Shown here piece after piece: positions 38,729 through 53,283 of a stretch of 64,000 nt of DNA. Position numbers and translations under genes: made by a program. Numbering within the stretch: position 1 is the stretch's first letter; each line of letters starts with the position of its first letter. The stretch comes from Lama glama (Eukaryota). The notes under the pieces are model-generated. The model was not told the DNA's origin, did not search any database, and was given only the letters and a program-made list of their open reading frames with translations. Location of the stretch: contig CM052817.1 of assembly GCA_028534125.1 (NCBI GenBank), forward strand, positions 100,938,001 to 101,002,000. The letters run 5' to 3'.

Positions 38729-40249
38729 GAGGAGTTTTTGTTTTCCTTTCTTGAACTTTTTAAGTCTTCTGTCTGAAATTTTTTCTTTTTTTAGTTTTCA
38801 AGGTTTACATGGAATGTTAACTGTATTAATTTCCTCACTAGTTTCAGGCTTGTGGTAAGAGAAACTCTGAACTACGACTTTTTAAATAAGATATTGAGGA
38901 ATACAAGGAAATAAGTAAATTTTCTGGGAAATGTTGTAAGTAATAATAGCAGAATTTTGCATTATTCTGAAAGTTCTTTTTTCATTGGCTTAACCAATTA
39001 GGATTTCAATTTGACATTTTAGTCTTTTCTCAAAACTGTTTCCAAATAATTCAAGTACACTGATTTTTGAGGTACTTGATAGTTCACTTTTTTTTTTTTT
39101 GGCTGTTTCAGATATTTCCCCTTGGTTTGTTTTACTGCAATGATACCCATGAGAAGAAATGAATGTGTTATCACATGCTCCATGGGTGGGACAAGGGAGA
39201 GAGTGAATGTGGAGCACAAATGTATAATGGTCATTTTAACACCTTCGTAACTACAGATCGGACTTTTGATTTAGCTCATATCCTTTCCAGTCAGTAGACA
39301 TTCACTGAGAAATTCTTGTTTGCCAAACCCTGGGCTAATTTCCAATGACACAGAGATGGCTCGGACTGTCTCTGTCCTTAAAGGCCCTGACTTTACTAAA
39401 AGGAAAAGTATTTATTTATTTACTTAGATCTTCATTCTGTTGCCCTGGGAATACAAAGATATAGAGATGGTCTATTCATTTTTGTGTCAGAAAATAGAAA
39501 CTTTATTATGTATAAAATTTGTCATGGTAAAGAAAAAGAAGTTTGTATAAGAAGTAGAAGTGTTGTATATATGAGGATCTGTGAGAAGCAGAACATTTCT
39601 ACAACTGCCAAGAAATAGAAATCTAGCCCAGGAAGACCCTAGGATTTATACAATCTGTAACCATTCCAAAGAATTTGGTTTTAGAGGATCCTAAAGAAAG
39701 AGAGGCAGATACTTACTGAAGAGTACAGTCAGTCTCCCAAACTGAATCAGTGGTACCTTCCGCCAGATCAGTGACACACATTATTTGTTTTTTATACAAT
39801 TTCTATACAATCTAATAGAATACCTTGCACATAACAAGTTTCACTAAATACTGGTTAAATTTTGTTTTTTAAAATGTGGTCTGTAGGTCCAAGAATCTTT
39901 CTGGCAATCTACAAGGTCAAAACTGTTTTTAATAATACTCAGACATTATTTGCATTTTTGATTTCTGTGTCATTTGCACCATTTATAAGGTAAGGATATT
40001 ACCCCCTGGTATCTACAACAAGATCAAGAAATCTAAGTTGAATGCAATTTTAAAAGCCAGTTGTATTTTGTATTATTTCAGTATCATGATTATTATATAA
40101 GGATAGGTAGGTTATAATTATTTAAAAGGGGGCTATAACAGTGGCTTTTAAGTGCTATAAATATGAATATAGTCTTTTGAATATTTGCCTTCTATGATTT
40201 GGTGTAATTTATAACCGTTTCTTACCTCCTTTTTTTTTAGGAGTCTACC

Positions 40250-40342
40250 ATGGCTCAAGAATCTCCAAAAAATTCAGCAGCAGAAATTCCAGTGACTAGC
40301 AATGGAGAAGTTGATGACTCTCATGAACATGGCTTTAATAGG
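40250..40342 (+). CDS. ARFIP1: Arfaptin-1 first canonical coding exon (exon 40241-40342), MAQESPKNSAAEIPVTSNGEVDDSHEHGFNR
   Basis: Recognised arfaptin-1 N-terminus; poly-T acceptor ending 40240, Kozak ACCATGG, donor AGG|GTAAGA, phase 0. Confidence 0.97.
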
Positions 40343-40859
40343 GTAAGAACATTTTTCTCTCTCTTAATACAGAGAATCATGATACGCTCCTTAAATGTTG
40401 AGATGAAAGAAATAGAATTTAATATAGGAATATTTTCTTACATTGGCTGAAATGCCAAGAATCTCATGTTACTATGTAGAGATGACGAGGTGGGTCATGC
40501 TAGTGATTTTTCAAGAATAAGCTCTAGACTAGTAAAGCATTTAGACTTTGATATTACTGTCAGTGATTTTATTATATGACCAGAACAAGGGTGTGTCTGA
40601 TGACTTTAGTATAAACTTTATTAAAAACTTTATTTCATTCTGTTTGTGATAAGAAAAAATATTAACTCTAGACTATCCTGTAAAAAATTGGCATTGTCTG
40701 ATCTCTTTTCTGTGTATCCTTAATACATAATTCCTAAGTAGGCTTCTCCTGACTTTGCTGTTCACTTTCTAAAGAGAAATACTTGACTCAGTGGAAAACG
40801 AAACTTGGAGTGTGTTTAATTTTGATCTGCCTCTCATTTGAAATTGAAGTTTAATGCAT

Positions 40860-41070
40860 TTTAGTGGGAGTACCATGGATTTGGAAATAATGTGGGTTCA
40901 AATTTCATCTATGCCATTTCTAACAGTGTAACCCTGATATTTATTTAATCTCTTCTAGTTTTTTTTCGTAATCTCTATAAATGAGCACCTTATTTCTTTT
41001 CGTGGGGGATATTAATTTTAAATGGGATTAAAATAAGTAATATGCCTAACACAGTCCTAGAAATGATAGG
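40860..41070 (+). mobile_element. MIR SINE
   Basis: gggttcaaat...tgccatttctaacagtgtaacc...tatttaatctc. Confidence 0.65.
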
Positions 41071-41289
41071 TTACTTCTGGAGACATTTGCATCAAACATC
41101 CCTTTTAATGACATTTGATACATGTGTACAACTGTAAATAACTTTAAAACGATAGTTTTCATATTTTTGAAAAAGTGATGGTTGAAAGATACTTGAATTC
41201 ATTTTACAGTTTAAATAGGACTTGTTTTACTTCATATATTTAAGAATAAAATTCTGTGTTTTAGTGTAACAGAAGGTGATAGTTTAGAT

Positions 41290-41511
41290 CAGGATTTCTC
41301 AGTCTCAGCGTTACCGACATTTTGGGCCACACAGACTCCTCTGTGGTGAGTTGGCATATGTGTGTAGGGTGGTTAGCAGAATGCCTGGCCCCTTCCTAGT
41401 AGATGCCAGAAGTACCGTACCCTCCAGTTGTGACAAGCAGCATTGTCTTCAGACATTGCCAAATGTGTCCCCGCGGGAAGGGAGAAACTTGCCTCTGGTT
41501 GAGAACCACTG
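41290..41511. mobile_element. MER20 hAT-Charlie
   Basis: Typical body and ends; near-perfect 8-bp TSD gtttagat/ttttagat. Confidence 0.9.
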
Positions 41512-42129
41512 TTTTAGATAGATCATTTTAATTGATTTTAGAAAATTACACTGAGTTTCACTTATTTTTGCCTCAGTAGTCCTTTGGAAGAAACAAATGT
41601 ATTTTCAAGCTTGTGATGTGTTTGTTTTAATTGCAAGTGTTTTAACTTGATTTCTAAGCACCCATGGGGCCAGTACAGAGTGACTTACAGAAGAAGGAGA
41701 CTTACATTCTGAGCACACAAAGGAAATTTTCATAGCAGGTTTTAGTCTTCTGATATTTGAAAACACTAAGGCACACTTGCATATTAAAGAAACTCAAGTT
41801 ACCATCATTAGACTCTACCAGTTACTTTATAAATTTCTATTAATTCAAATAACTCATTATACCAGGATTTTAATTAATGATTGCTTCATCTCATTTTTGA
41901 TAACAGCTCCTTTTTGCAAATTTATTCCGCAAATATTTTTTGAGATCTGCTGTGTACCAGGCACTGGAGATATCCTAGTGAACAAAAGATGACAAAAATA
42001 CCTGCCATCAGGGATTTAATAGACAGTCTAAGGAAACCTTTGTCTAACAAAAATGCATTGCATACAAAATGCTGCATTGTTTTGGAGATTCACCTACCGT
42101 CTTAAACCTGTCATTTTTCTTGTTGTTGT

Positions 42130-43530
42130 TTTTTTTTTTTTTGAGCTATAGCTTATACTTTTACATAGTAAAAAGCACAAATGTTAAGTGTAAAGCTCTA
42201 TGGAAACACCGCCTATATCAAGATGTAGAATTTTTCCAGGATGTTACCTGGCTCCCTGTTGCCCTCTTCTAGGCAGTACGCCTCCCTCCCTTCCAGGGTC
42301 ATCACTATTGCCATAATTCTGACACCACTGATTGCTTTTGACTCTTCCTGGACTGCATGTAAATGGAATCATACAGTATGTACTCTTTTCTGACTGGCTT
42401 TCATTCAATATCATATCTGTGAAATTTATTCGTATTGTTACTTTGGCAGTATTTAATTCTTTTCTGTTGTAACATCGTTTTCTGTTGTGTTAATACACCA
42501 CAATCTGTGTATCCGTTCTTCAATTGACGGATACCTAGGTGGTTTCCCGTTCGTGGCTGTTGTTAATAAAGCTGCTGTGACCATGCTTGTCCAGGTCTTC
42601 TGGTGCACACAGTCACCTGTTTATGCTGGATATATACCCTGGAGTGGAATTGCCAGGTCACAGTACATGACGTTTGGCCTTGGTAGATACTCTCAACTAG
42701 TTTGCTAGAGTGATTGAATCCGTTGATAGTCCTGTCAGCAGTGAATGAATGTTGTGGTTGTTCCACATCATTACCAATTTTTGATACTGTGATATTTTTT
42801 AATTTTAGCCATTCTAATAGCATCATAATGGTGTCTCCTTGTGGTTTTAATATGCATCTCCCTGATGATTAATGATGTTGAGCGTATTTTCATATTCTTA
42901 TTGACCACTTGGATATTATCTTTTATGAAGTGCATGTTCAAGTCCTTTGTCCATTTTTCTTTTGAGTGTATGCCCTTTTCTAATTCATTTGTAGGAATTC
43001 TTTATCTATTTGAGGTGCAAGTCATTTGTTTGAATGTATGTATTGCAGATGTTTTCTATTAATGGTATCTTTAGACAGCAAAAGTTAATTTTATTGAAAT
43101 CCGATTTTTCAGTGTATAATTTTTGTGACCCTTCTAAGAAAATTGGCCTATTCCAGTATCATGAAGATACTCTGTTTTCTTCTAAGAAATTTTACTGTTT
43201 TGATTCTCACGTGGAGGTTAGTCTTGAATTTTGTGTATGGCGTGATGTAGGGGTCAAGGTTCATTTATTTTCCCACATGAATATCATCTGATATTCATCA
43301 TTTATTGAAAAGACTCTCCACAGGGGCCCTTTGCTGTTAATCAGGTGATCATATACATGTGGGTCTATTACTGGGCTCTGTGTTTTATTTCTTTGTCTTT
43401 TTGTCTGTCCTTGCAATAATACCAAACTATCTTACCTACTTATTAGAGTAATTAAGTCTGGAACAGATACTAGCTTCAGCCTTGATACCTGGTAGTTAAT
43501 TCCTCCAGCTTTGTTCTTCAGGATTGCCTT
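42130..43530 (-). mobile_element. Old L1 (L1ME/MC-type) 3'UTR and ORF2 end
   Basis: aaatggaatcatacagtatgtact, gtggttttaatatgcatctccctgatg motifs. Confidence 0.82.
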
Positions 43531-46500
43531 ATACCTTAAATCTATTATGAGTCTTTTGTTAAGAACCTTTATTTGCCTTTGAGTAGCACTGAAAAAAGTT
43601 TTCCTTTATCCTTGCAAATTTTAACTTTAGAATGAAGTCTTACTAGAGTAAAGTGAATTAAATCATAATATATCTGTATGAGTTTTTTTTGCTTATGCAA
43701 AGCCAGTTAACTTGTAGCTTTGTAAGTTTACTTCTTGTTTAATATCTGATTCTCTTTTTGGAGATTACCTTTTAATGTTTTTTCATTTTCTACGGGAAGG
43801 TAGAGAAGGGAAAAAGAAGGGGTTGTCCTGGAGGTCCCCTCTCATTGGATGTGAACTTTACCAATGGGCAAGTTTCCTTAGAAACAATAATCCACTTCAA
43901 CCAGTACACCCCACTTAATTTCCCTAAAGAAATTCAACATCATAAAAATTGTTTCTGTTTATATCTGCTCTTATGAAAAATATATGCATCATGAGTCTCT
44001 TACATATTTAATATTCTTTTTTTTTAAAAAAGGCTATGTGTTTTCTTTTACGATGAATGAAAACAAGATTTCAAAAGCATCTTTTGACTGTTGAATAAAT
44101 TACACGCAAGATCTATTAGTCATGTACTTACTTATGTTTTTGGCATGCTCCTTTATTTTCCTTAGCAATGAAAGGGAAATTGTATTTAACCTCAAATCCA
44201 TGTTTCTATTTTACTTTGGATAAAAGTTCATAGGGAAAAAAGTGTGAATAATGTATTGCTTAGCATTAGACTGTATTTTATAGACTAGTAAAGAGGTCTC
44301 ATTCAAAACTAGACCATAACCAGAGTTTTCTGAGGTATTTTATTAACATACATCTTCCTTTTATACATATTTGATGTTTAAAATCATATAATGACTTTTA
44401 TTTAATGCATACTGCAGAATACACTTTAAAACAGTAGTCTTGTATAAATTAAGATGGTGCCTAATTAAGTTGTCATTACTTGTCTGGCCAGTTGGTGTCA
44501 CTATGGCCCAGGCAGTGAAATTGTGAGTGAGTGAGTGTGTTCTTGTTTCTGTCTCATTGCTGATGCTTCATTTTTCTTTTGACTTCCCTTCTAAATCTGT
44601 CCTACTATGAGAGGTCCTGGGTAGTTTCGAAGTCAAAATTCACATTGAAATAGAGAATGTAATGGGAGAACTTGTCCTAGAAATTCCCTGACAGCAGCTT
44701 AACATATATTAATGTTTCAAGGTTTGTTATTCTTTTTATTAAGATAAGGGGCAACAGCTGTATGTTGAGAGGATAGGATAGTAATACTTACTGCAGTTTT
44801 TACAGCAAAAATATTTTTGCTTCTAAATAAAAAATAATTATTATTTTTTGAAAAGTAGTAAAGTTTAACCTCTAAAGAATACTTTTACTTGTAAACTGCA
44901 TATTATTTATAGTTTATTCTGTTATAGTGCTGGTCAAAATACTAGATTAGAAATGTGCGATATATGCCATGAGTTAAAGTGAAGAAGCACATAGTAGCTC
45001 CATATGGTTGAAGCTTCTTGTGAATTAAGTTATATTTGGCAGATTTAGAGAAATCATCGTAATAGATACAGCTAAAATAGAACTTTCCCTGTGGAAGTCC
45101 CAAAGCTAAAATTCACAATTTAGGTTTTTCCACCTATGTACCTTTTCTCTAGGAAAAGGCATATATACACAAAACTACCAAATCTTGTGTCCAGTTTGAA
45201 TGAGTTTAGGATCCCTTAAACTCTGTCTGTGGATCCTTAGGTTCCCTGTGTCGTAAATACTCCTGGTCTACAAGTGTTGAGTTAAGTGACAGGATTTTAG
45301 TTCAGTAGGAGTACCTTAAAGGTCTGTGAGTCTCACTACTTTATTTCACACCTGAGGGAAGGGCCCCTGAGGTTGTGATAAAATTACCCATGTTAACTAA
45401 CAGTACCAAAGGCTTTCATGGTAAGCACAGTGCGGGCAAGAGTGCTCATTCGTTACCTCATCTGCAGGGCTTGGCAGCAGTGCTGGCACAGAATAGATAA
45501 TTGGGGCCTTCATTAAATGTTTGTTGAATGAGTGAATAGATGTTAGAATCAGGACTAGAAACAAGGTTTCCAGAGTGCTGAGGAACAACAGGGAAGAGAT
45601 ACTGTACTCTGAGACTTGATACATCTTTTGTTCTTAATTTCCCAACGTGCATCACAGTCATCTTTGTTGTATTTGTTGGTTGTTGGAAGTTTTATTGTTT
45701 TGGACATTTTTGTTGTTATTTTTCTTTTATTCTTTAATGATTTTGTTAAACTAAATAGTTTCTCAATTCCCCTGTACTCATCAGTCTGAATAACCTACTT
45801 TAGCAGTCTAAGGAAGACTTGGGAAAGAATATAAGAATAGAAATTGTAAGAACATTGTGTGGGACATGTTTCTTTCTCTCACCTTAATGATGTAACTGTC
45901 CATTTATTTATCTGCTTTTCCCGAGAGATTAGAATCACATTGAGGGCAGAGAGTGTGTGCACACTGTACAGTTTATGGTTTACAGTACAGCTATTCAGTG
46001 AAAGAATGGATTTCAGTGTAAGGATTTAAATTTGACATTTTCTACTTCAGTCATCCTGCCCTAGAATTTGGATACCATGTGATCATGGTTTTTCCGCATA
46101 CTGTATGGTGATACAGTGTAATGTTTCTGCATTATTCATATCTGAAAAATTTAGTAGTTCAGACAGTGGCAGCATTGATTTCATGGGAACTTTTTCTTAT
46201 GGCCAGTTTTTACCAAATGTATGTCTTGGACCCTTTTAAAGGTATGGCAAATGTTTTTCAAGGGTTGTTTAATCCATGCAAAATCTGATTCATTATAGTA
46301 ATTACTTTCCAAGTATAGAATATATTCTTAGTACTATTACCACAAATTAAGTTTTAAAATATGTGTATTATGTATACATCTATTAAATTAACTCTGGATT
46401 GGGATTCCTGTTGAAATTGTGAATAAATATAATTCTAATGAAAGACTGAAGCCATATGTATCTTAATTATAATTTGTAGATTGTGCCTTTATTTATAAAC

Positions 46501-47695
46501 AAATGCAATCATGGATAAGTTTTTTTTTATATCTAGGAGAAATTTTTTTGGGTGTAGTTACATACTAGTATTTCCACAGTGATAGTCTTTGAGTGAATTC
46601 AGCATTTCCTTGATGCAAGTTTGTACATGATTTCATTCTTATCAAACTTCAGTACTAGTTAGAATCTAGACCTTAGTCTGAATGCAGGAGTTGGAGTGAG
46701 GCCAAAAGAGTAGGCAGTAAACTGCCAGAAGGTAATGATACTGTAAGGTATTAAATGTTTGTTGAATGAATGAGAGGGAGGTGGGGGTAGAGAGAGAGAA
46801 ATGAGATTGAGTTTGAGATTGTGTATGTGTGTATGTGTGTTGATAAAATAAAGAAAATAGAACATAAAACAGAGAATAAGTCAGGAGGTTTGCTATCTTG
46901 ATCAAGTGAAGTTACAGATATGCAAGGAGATTGTGATCTTAAAGTGAATCACTAGAATTAAAATTTTTCTAAAAGTATTACTTTCTGAGCAATGATAAGG
47001 TCCAAAGAGTGGCCATGGGAATTCTAGTTACTTAAGTAGAATTGGGCAAGAAAGGTGAAAGGCATTAGAGTTGAAGAAGTTAATGAAATCTGACACTAAC
47101 TTGTGGGTTGGGATGTACTGTGTTACTTGAATGTATCTTTTATCTGCCCTCGCATTTTTTTGGCCCCTTGTCCAAATACAAACGATCAAATCTGAATCAA
47201 ACTACCAAATTAAGGCTTCCTACAAGTATACTGAGGGGGGAAAAATCATACGTCTTTACACATTGTTTTACTATAACCCATCAATCTGCATCAGCATAGG
47301 TAGGCAGGCTCATGCAATAGTTCTTGTTTTAGTTTAAGTATTTTGCTATTTGTATTAAAAAATAAAATAAAACAGCATACTACATACTGTGCCATTAGTA
47401 GTCTGTGTCTTTGATGAGCCGTGAAATCTCAGCTTAGACACCTTATATACTACTCGAAGGAACTGTAAACTGAACATAGAATCAATCCCTGAGGTGGACC
47501 CAGTGGCAGGCAAAGGGTTGGGAACACTGAGGGTCATGGTAAGAGTTGGGGACAGAGCAGAAGACCTGGATACAGCGCCGTCAGTAATTTGGGACTGACT
47601 GGAAAGAAGGCAGGTGACGGTGTTAAGGTGGGGAAGAGGGCAGTGCGGTGGGGTGGCCCGCAAAGAAATGGGGTTGGGAGTCAGCACTGCAGGAC

Positions 47696-47905
47696 CAAAA
47701 GCAGTTCTGAATTGCAGGTTCCTCCAGGTGTACACAGAGGACAGAGGACACCTGCATCAGAATCACCTCGCTTACTTGTTAGAAATTAACTCCTGGGCTC
47801 CATGCTCCAGCTTACTGAAAGTTACAACAGGCAGCTGAGAAGAATCTGCCTGTTCAGTAGGTTTCTCAGGTGGTTCTTACCCAAACTCAAGTTTGAGAAC
47901 GGGTA
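47696..47905. mobile_element. MER5A-like hAT
   Basis: ctgcatcagaatcacct ... caggtggttctta ... caagtttgagaac. Confidence 0.7.
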
Positions 47906-48419
47906 GTTTAGAAGTGGAGAGCTGAGAAATTGCTGACCTTCCCTCTACCCACTTGATAAACAGAATGTGGGAGAATAATCAGCTTTGACTCAGGATAATT
48001 GTAGACTGGCAGAGAGGCCACCGCGAGGAGGTTAAGGATGTTGCAATATGTTTACAGTCAAACTGGGAATGTGGAGATCTGCTCGAACAACAGCTTTGCT
48101 TCTGGCAGATATTCCTTAGAAGCAGCTAACTTAAAACAACAAAGGGGTGTTTTAAACTACCAAAATTCATAGAACATTTAACAATATTTTCAGTTTGTTT
48201 CTTTAAAAAGTATATGAGGTAAATGCTTTGGGAGGTTTTATCCATTTTGAAAAATGAGATAAGGTGTTGAAATTGAGAAAACTTAGTATTCATATTATAT
48301 CGGCTAGATGCTAGGTCTGCCAGAGAGGAGCAGGTTAAATGGTCTTAGGGAGCTTCCAGTCTGCAGCAGAAGAGCGTATAGACAGTGTTAATACCGTGTG
48401 AGAAGCGGTATGCTGGGCC

Positions 48420-48830
48420 AGGTATAGGGTGGTCTGGGAGTAGGTGGGAGGAGTATGGAATGATTCCCTGAGGAGTTGCTCTCCACACTGAATCGGAAGG
48501 ATGAGCTAGCCAGATGAGGAAGGGCAGAGAATGTTCCCACCTGTGGGAAGACCATAGAGTTGAAAATTCACTATTGTTGGAGTGGAGAATGTGTGGGCAG
48601 ATGTGTGAGAAAGGAGACTGGAGAAATAGGGATGAGATCCTGCAAAACCTCAAAAATATGTGGAGGAGTTTGGACTTTACCTAGAAGGCAATGGAGGGCC
48701 GCTAAATGTCATAAAAATTGAAATGTCTCATCAGATTTGCATTTAGAAATTTGTCTCTGCCTCCTGTTGAAAGAATGCATTTCAGGGCCGATATGACTAG
48801 AGAGGGAGACTAGTCATTTGGGTCACCAAG
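48420..48830 (-). mobile_element. L2 fragment
   Basis: ggagtttggactttac...aggcaatgg...tcagatttgcattt motifs. Confidence 0.65.
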
Positions 48831-51258
48831 GGAAGAAGGGAAGGAAGACTTCGGACTTTGCTCTTGTAGAGAAGCTAGAGCCAATAAAGAACACCAAGCC
48901 ATTTTTTAAAATGTAGATAGGTAGGAAACTGGGAGAATGTAGTGTAAGGAAACTAGAGAGAAGAGAGTTCGTGTAATTTATAGAATACTTGGGGAATCCT
49001 GACAGATTGTTTGTGGTTACAATGCGAACTTTGGGAATCACTGCTGTTTTAAGATTTCTCCTCCCCTCCCTGAGTAAAAGAGAATTCATTAATAAAACTC
49101 TAGTTCTGCTTACAAATGAAAGTGTTGTGCATCTTATTAAGGGTGTGTATTTTAAAGCAAATTTGCTGAACATTTAAGTATTGATATTGCACCAACTTTA
49201 GTTCAAAAATAGATTAGATTACCATGCTAAATTATAAAGTTACACATTTCACCTCATTCTTTTTTTACCTCTGTTAAAATATGTAAATGGAGGCAAGTTA
49301 TTTTGGTTGAAAATGAGCACCCCTTCACAGCCTACAAAGCTGTAACTATAAGTATTATTTTGTATCCTTTGAAAAGGAGTTAAACTATACATGAAACTTT
49401 TTCGCCAAAAGCATTATATTTTGTTTCATTTTAATTGTTTGAAGATTTATTTTTAAAACTATTAAATACTCCAGCATTATCCTAGTAGCTTGAATAGAAA
49501 GTTAACTTAACTATAGGTTTATTCCATTTTATTGTACAATTGTGAAGCACAACTTTGCAGAGTCTTAAACGTTGAGGCGAATGTCAGCGACATAAAAATG
49601 CAAATTAGGGATTTTATGTTGTTGGTTATAAATGGGCTCATTGTCTCTGAAATACATTCTGGAAACTATAGGCGCAAGTGCAGTAGCAGATGTTGTAAAA
49701 GTTACTAAGCTAAGCACAACCTTGTAACAGACACTTTAAAAATTCATGAGGGTTATGTAAAGACACATTTTAGATTTCTGTGAATTATGAGGCCAAATTA
49801 TATTATTTAGAGAATGTGTATTTTACAAAAATCAGTCAACAAGCTCATAAAATACTGAGTGTTTTCTCACAAGTCATGCATTCCTCTCTCCTAGCCCGTG
49901 TCCTTTTGTGTTGCAGCAACTTAGCTGCCAGACCACTATCAAAATGATAATTCTGTTCAGAATCTGAATAGACCTATTTGTACCACTTTTGGTTAGGCTC
50001 CTTCTATTAGTAAAAGTTTAGGCAAAGAAGGCCTTAGTGCTTTTCAGATTTTACAGCTGTTTTATGTAAAGGACATGAGGTTTTTTTCTGGAAGCACTTT
50101 TGTTTGTTGAGTAGAGGATCCTTGGGAGACCACTGAGGGGTCTGAGTGAAACGTAACATCCTCAGACGGCTAGAAGTTGTTTCTTCCAGAGGCTGTGCAT
50201 GACATCATGGGAGCACCTTTTAACTTCTTAAAAGCTTAGGTAATGAGACACATCCACCATATTTACTATTTAACCTGGTACTCGCTCCCGTCTCCCCAGC
50301 TACTACTACTGGATCTCTTTTCTGGGAATTTACACAATATTTTGTGGCAGGACAGATGATTCAAAATGAATAATGTTCTTTCAGCTAAGTTCTAAGAGCA
50401 CAGCAAACACGACTCTTCTGAACCTCTCTGTCACGTGTATGTCTGTGGCTTTTTAATCCCTCATTTTGAGAGATGTCTTTGATACTTTTTATCTTAAGGA
50501 GAGCTAAAAAGCTCTCAAGACTTGAACAAAGCAATAACCAGGGAAATCACTCTATAAATAATTGACCTTAATGACCAAACTTGCAAAGTTTAAGAAGTAT
50601 TTTGGTGGTTTGACATTATTTATTTTATAAGTGGTGTATTTGTCTTTCAGAGAGAAAACATTATCTGGTTTTAATGTAAATATGAATAAAAGGATCACTA
50701 ATATTTAAAACTGGAAACCATTTGATTTAATGTATTAGTGTATTAAAAAAATAAACTGGAAAGGTAAAGATCATTTATTCAACCAAATGAACAGACTCAG
50801 AGATTTGGTAGAAATAAGTAAATAAAACTGGATGTAAAGAATTTTCTTTTTAATTCTAAGTGTTCTCCAAAACAATACTCAGATGAAAAGGATATTGTGA
50901 CAAAAGGTTGTAAGTGATGTTAGGAAGTGAGTGAAATGGAAAGAAAGTTACTCATGTTTTAAACTAGTTGAAAATCACAAAATGAGAATGTATTTGCATT
51001 AGTGTGTGTTTAAACTTCAGCAGATTCTGAAATAATGATTTTTAAAAGGTATTTTTTAAATAATTTTTTTAGTACACATACTAACCAAAATAAATTCTAA
51101 GACTAATAAGTTGCTTGTAGCTATTTACATTACAGTTAGTTTTGTTTCTTGAAGCTTGGTAACTAAGTGCCATGTTTCAGTGTTCCAGTTTTCTCATCTG
51201 TAAAAGAGTAGTGAAAATACCAATTAAACTATTATTGTCAAGATTAAATGAGATGATA

Positions 51259-51959
51259 CAAGGCAGTTCCTGCTCTGTATAGTTCCAAAATGCATTAATT
51301 TCAGTTACCGTAGTTTAATTGAAGAATACCTGTCTCCAATAACACAGCTCAAATTTCTGTCACCACAGTGTGTGAACTGTAATTGTATAAAGTACAAACT
51401 TCCCTGCTAACACTCAAGTCCGTAAATCAACATGTAAGTAACAGATGCATATCGTGATTATTGACTAATCATGTCATTTCTTCCAAAGTCTCTTGGCAGT
51501 TGGTCACTGTGTATCTGTTATTCATTTCACACACAGACAGCAAATCATGTGGTTGTGTTACCACCTTGTCTCCTGTCATAAATTCATGAGACGTTTTCCA
51601 GAAATGGATAATCAAAAGGGAATGGGTGAACAAAGATAAAAGTGCAGCAAAGAAATGAAAAGTGGTAACAATGGAAGAAGTGAAGTTCAAGTCAAACCTA
51701 AATGAAGTGGTAGAAGAAATAGCTGACCATAAGCTTGTTGACACTGCCGCTGTTTGAGAGACTCTAGATTTGAGCCAGAAAAACTTAGTGAGCCCAGCTT
51801 AACAACATAAACAAGGAAAGGGTTTTTACATTTTGACGAGAAGTTTTAAAAGTCATGGAATAATCACTTGTTCCCATTAATCAGTCTGCGTGGTTTCCAC
51901 GTGCTTGGTCGTTTTTACAGTCTTGATCTTGCACTGTCATGCAAGATGAGGACTGCCTG
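51259..51959. mobile_element. MER82-like TcMar-Tigger element inserted into a MIR (~51150-51258 and 51960-52025, +)
   Basis: TA|CA(A)GGCAGT...ACTGCCTG|TA ends; MIR reads through once removed (gattaaatgagatga-TA-catgaagtgct...ctggcacatagtaagtgctc). Confidence 0.85.
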
Positions 51960-52069
51960 TACATGAAGTGCTTTGAACAATCCTGGCACATAGTAAGTGC
52001 TCGAGAAACGTTTACTATTCTAATTAATAGTAATAGCACTAATTAGTTGTAAAGATGATTGTAATAGGG

Positions 52070-52290
52070 GAGAGGGATAGCTAATGTTAAGTGAGTGCCT
52101 AGAAATATGTACAGGGTACCTTGCCCATATTACCTCATCTAATTTTCATAATACTCTGGAGTAATTTTAGCCTCTTTTTACAGCTGAGCTAACAGGGGCC
52201 AAGAAAGTTTTTAAGTACTTGCCCAGGATCACATAGCCAACTAGATAAGAAAGCTAGTATTCAGATGAGGTCATCTGAATTACCTTTCCA
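52070..52290 (-). mobile_element. MIR SINE
   Basis: ttttacagctgag...acttgcccaggatcacatagc. Confidence 0.7.
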
Positions 52291-53283
52291 GGTCTTTCAT
52301 GTTTCTAGTAATAGCTGATACTTGATGAGACTGTCACAAACTTTAAAAAGTGATTTGAGAGTCGTTGCTATTGATTAACATTTTTAAAGTATGCCGTACA
52401 GAATTTAAGAGGTGATTTCATGAGGGACTCTAATTAAGGTAAAGAAAGCAAGAATAAATCTTTGCAGCTTGTTTGTATGTTATTATGTTGTTGTGGTGTT
52501 ACTTTATGTTTATTAAATTTTGTTTGGATTGGATTGGATAATCTCCATTGATTATCTAACAAAGAGTTCGCTTTTGGTCTTTTTGGTCTTGCTAATGAAA
52601 AACTCTAGATGTTAAGTGTACATTGGTTTTACCACTACTCTTTTTTTTCAAAAAAGCTTTTATCAAATACTGGATATAAAAGAGTGTTGATAACATATAT
52701 AAGGTATAAAAAATAAGAATACATATAAAAGACATACAGATTGGAAAGGAAGAGGTAAAACTATCTCTGTTTGTGGGCAACGTGACCTTGTATATAGAAA
52801 ATCCTAAAGAATCCACACACCAAAAAAATCTATTAAAACTAATAAGTTCAGCATAGTTGTAGGATATAAGAGCAATATGCAAAGTTCAATTTTATTTCCC
52901 TACTCTAGGAGTAAATAATCTGAAAACAAATTTAAGAAAATAGTTCCATTTACAATAGCATCAAAAATAAGAAAATACTCAGGAATATGTGCTAATCTTG
53001 TACCCTAAAAACTGTAGAACGTGTGGGAAGAAGTTAAAGATGATCTAAATAAATGGAAGGACATCTCATGTTCATGGATCAGAAGACTTAATTTGTTTAG
53101 ATGGCAGTGCTCCTCACATCAGTCAGATTCAACACAATCTCTGTTAAAATCCAAGCTAGCTTTTTTTTTGTAGAAATTGACTAACTGATTATATGTAAAT
53201 GCAAAGGATGCAGAATACCCAGAGTGTTTTGAAAAAGGACAGAGTTGTAGGACTCACTACTTCTAATTTCAAAACCTACCACA

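Noticed and set aside
40343..40450. ORF read-through past the first coding exon
   Set aside because: Intronic; strong GTAAGA donor at 40343 and the protein continues at 58369
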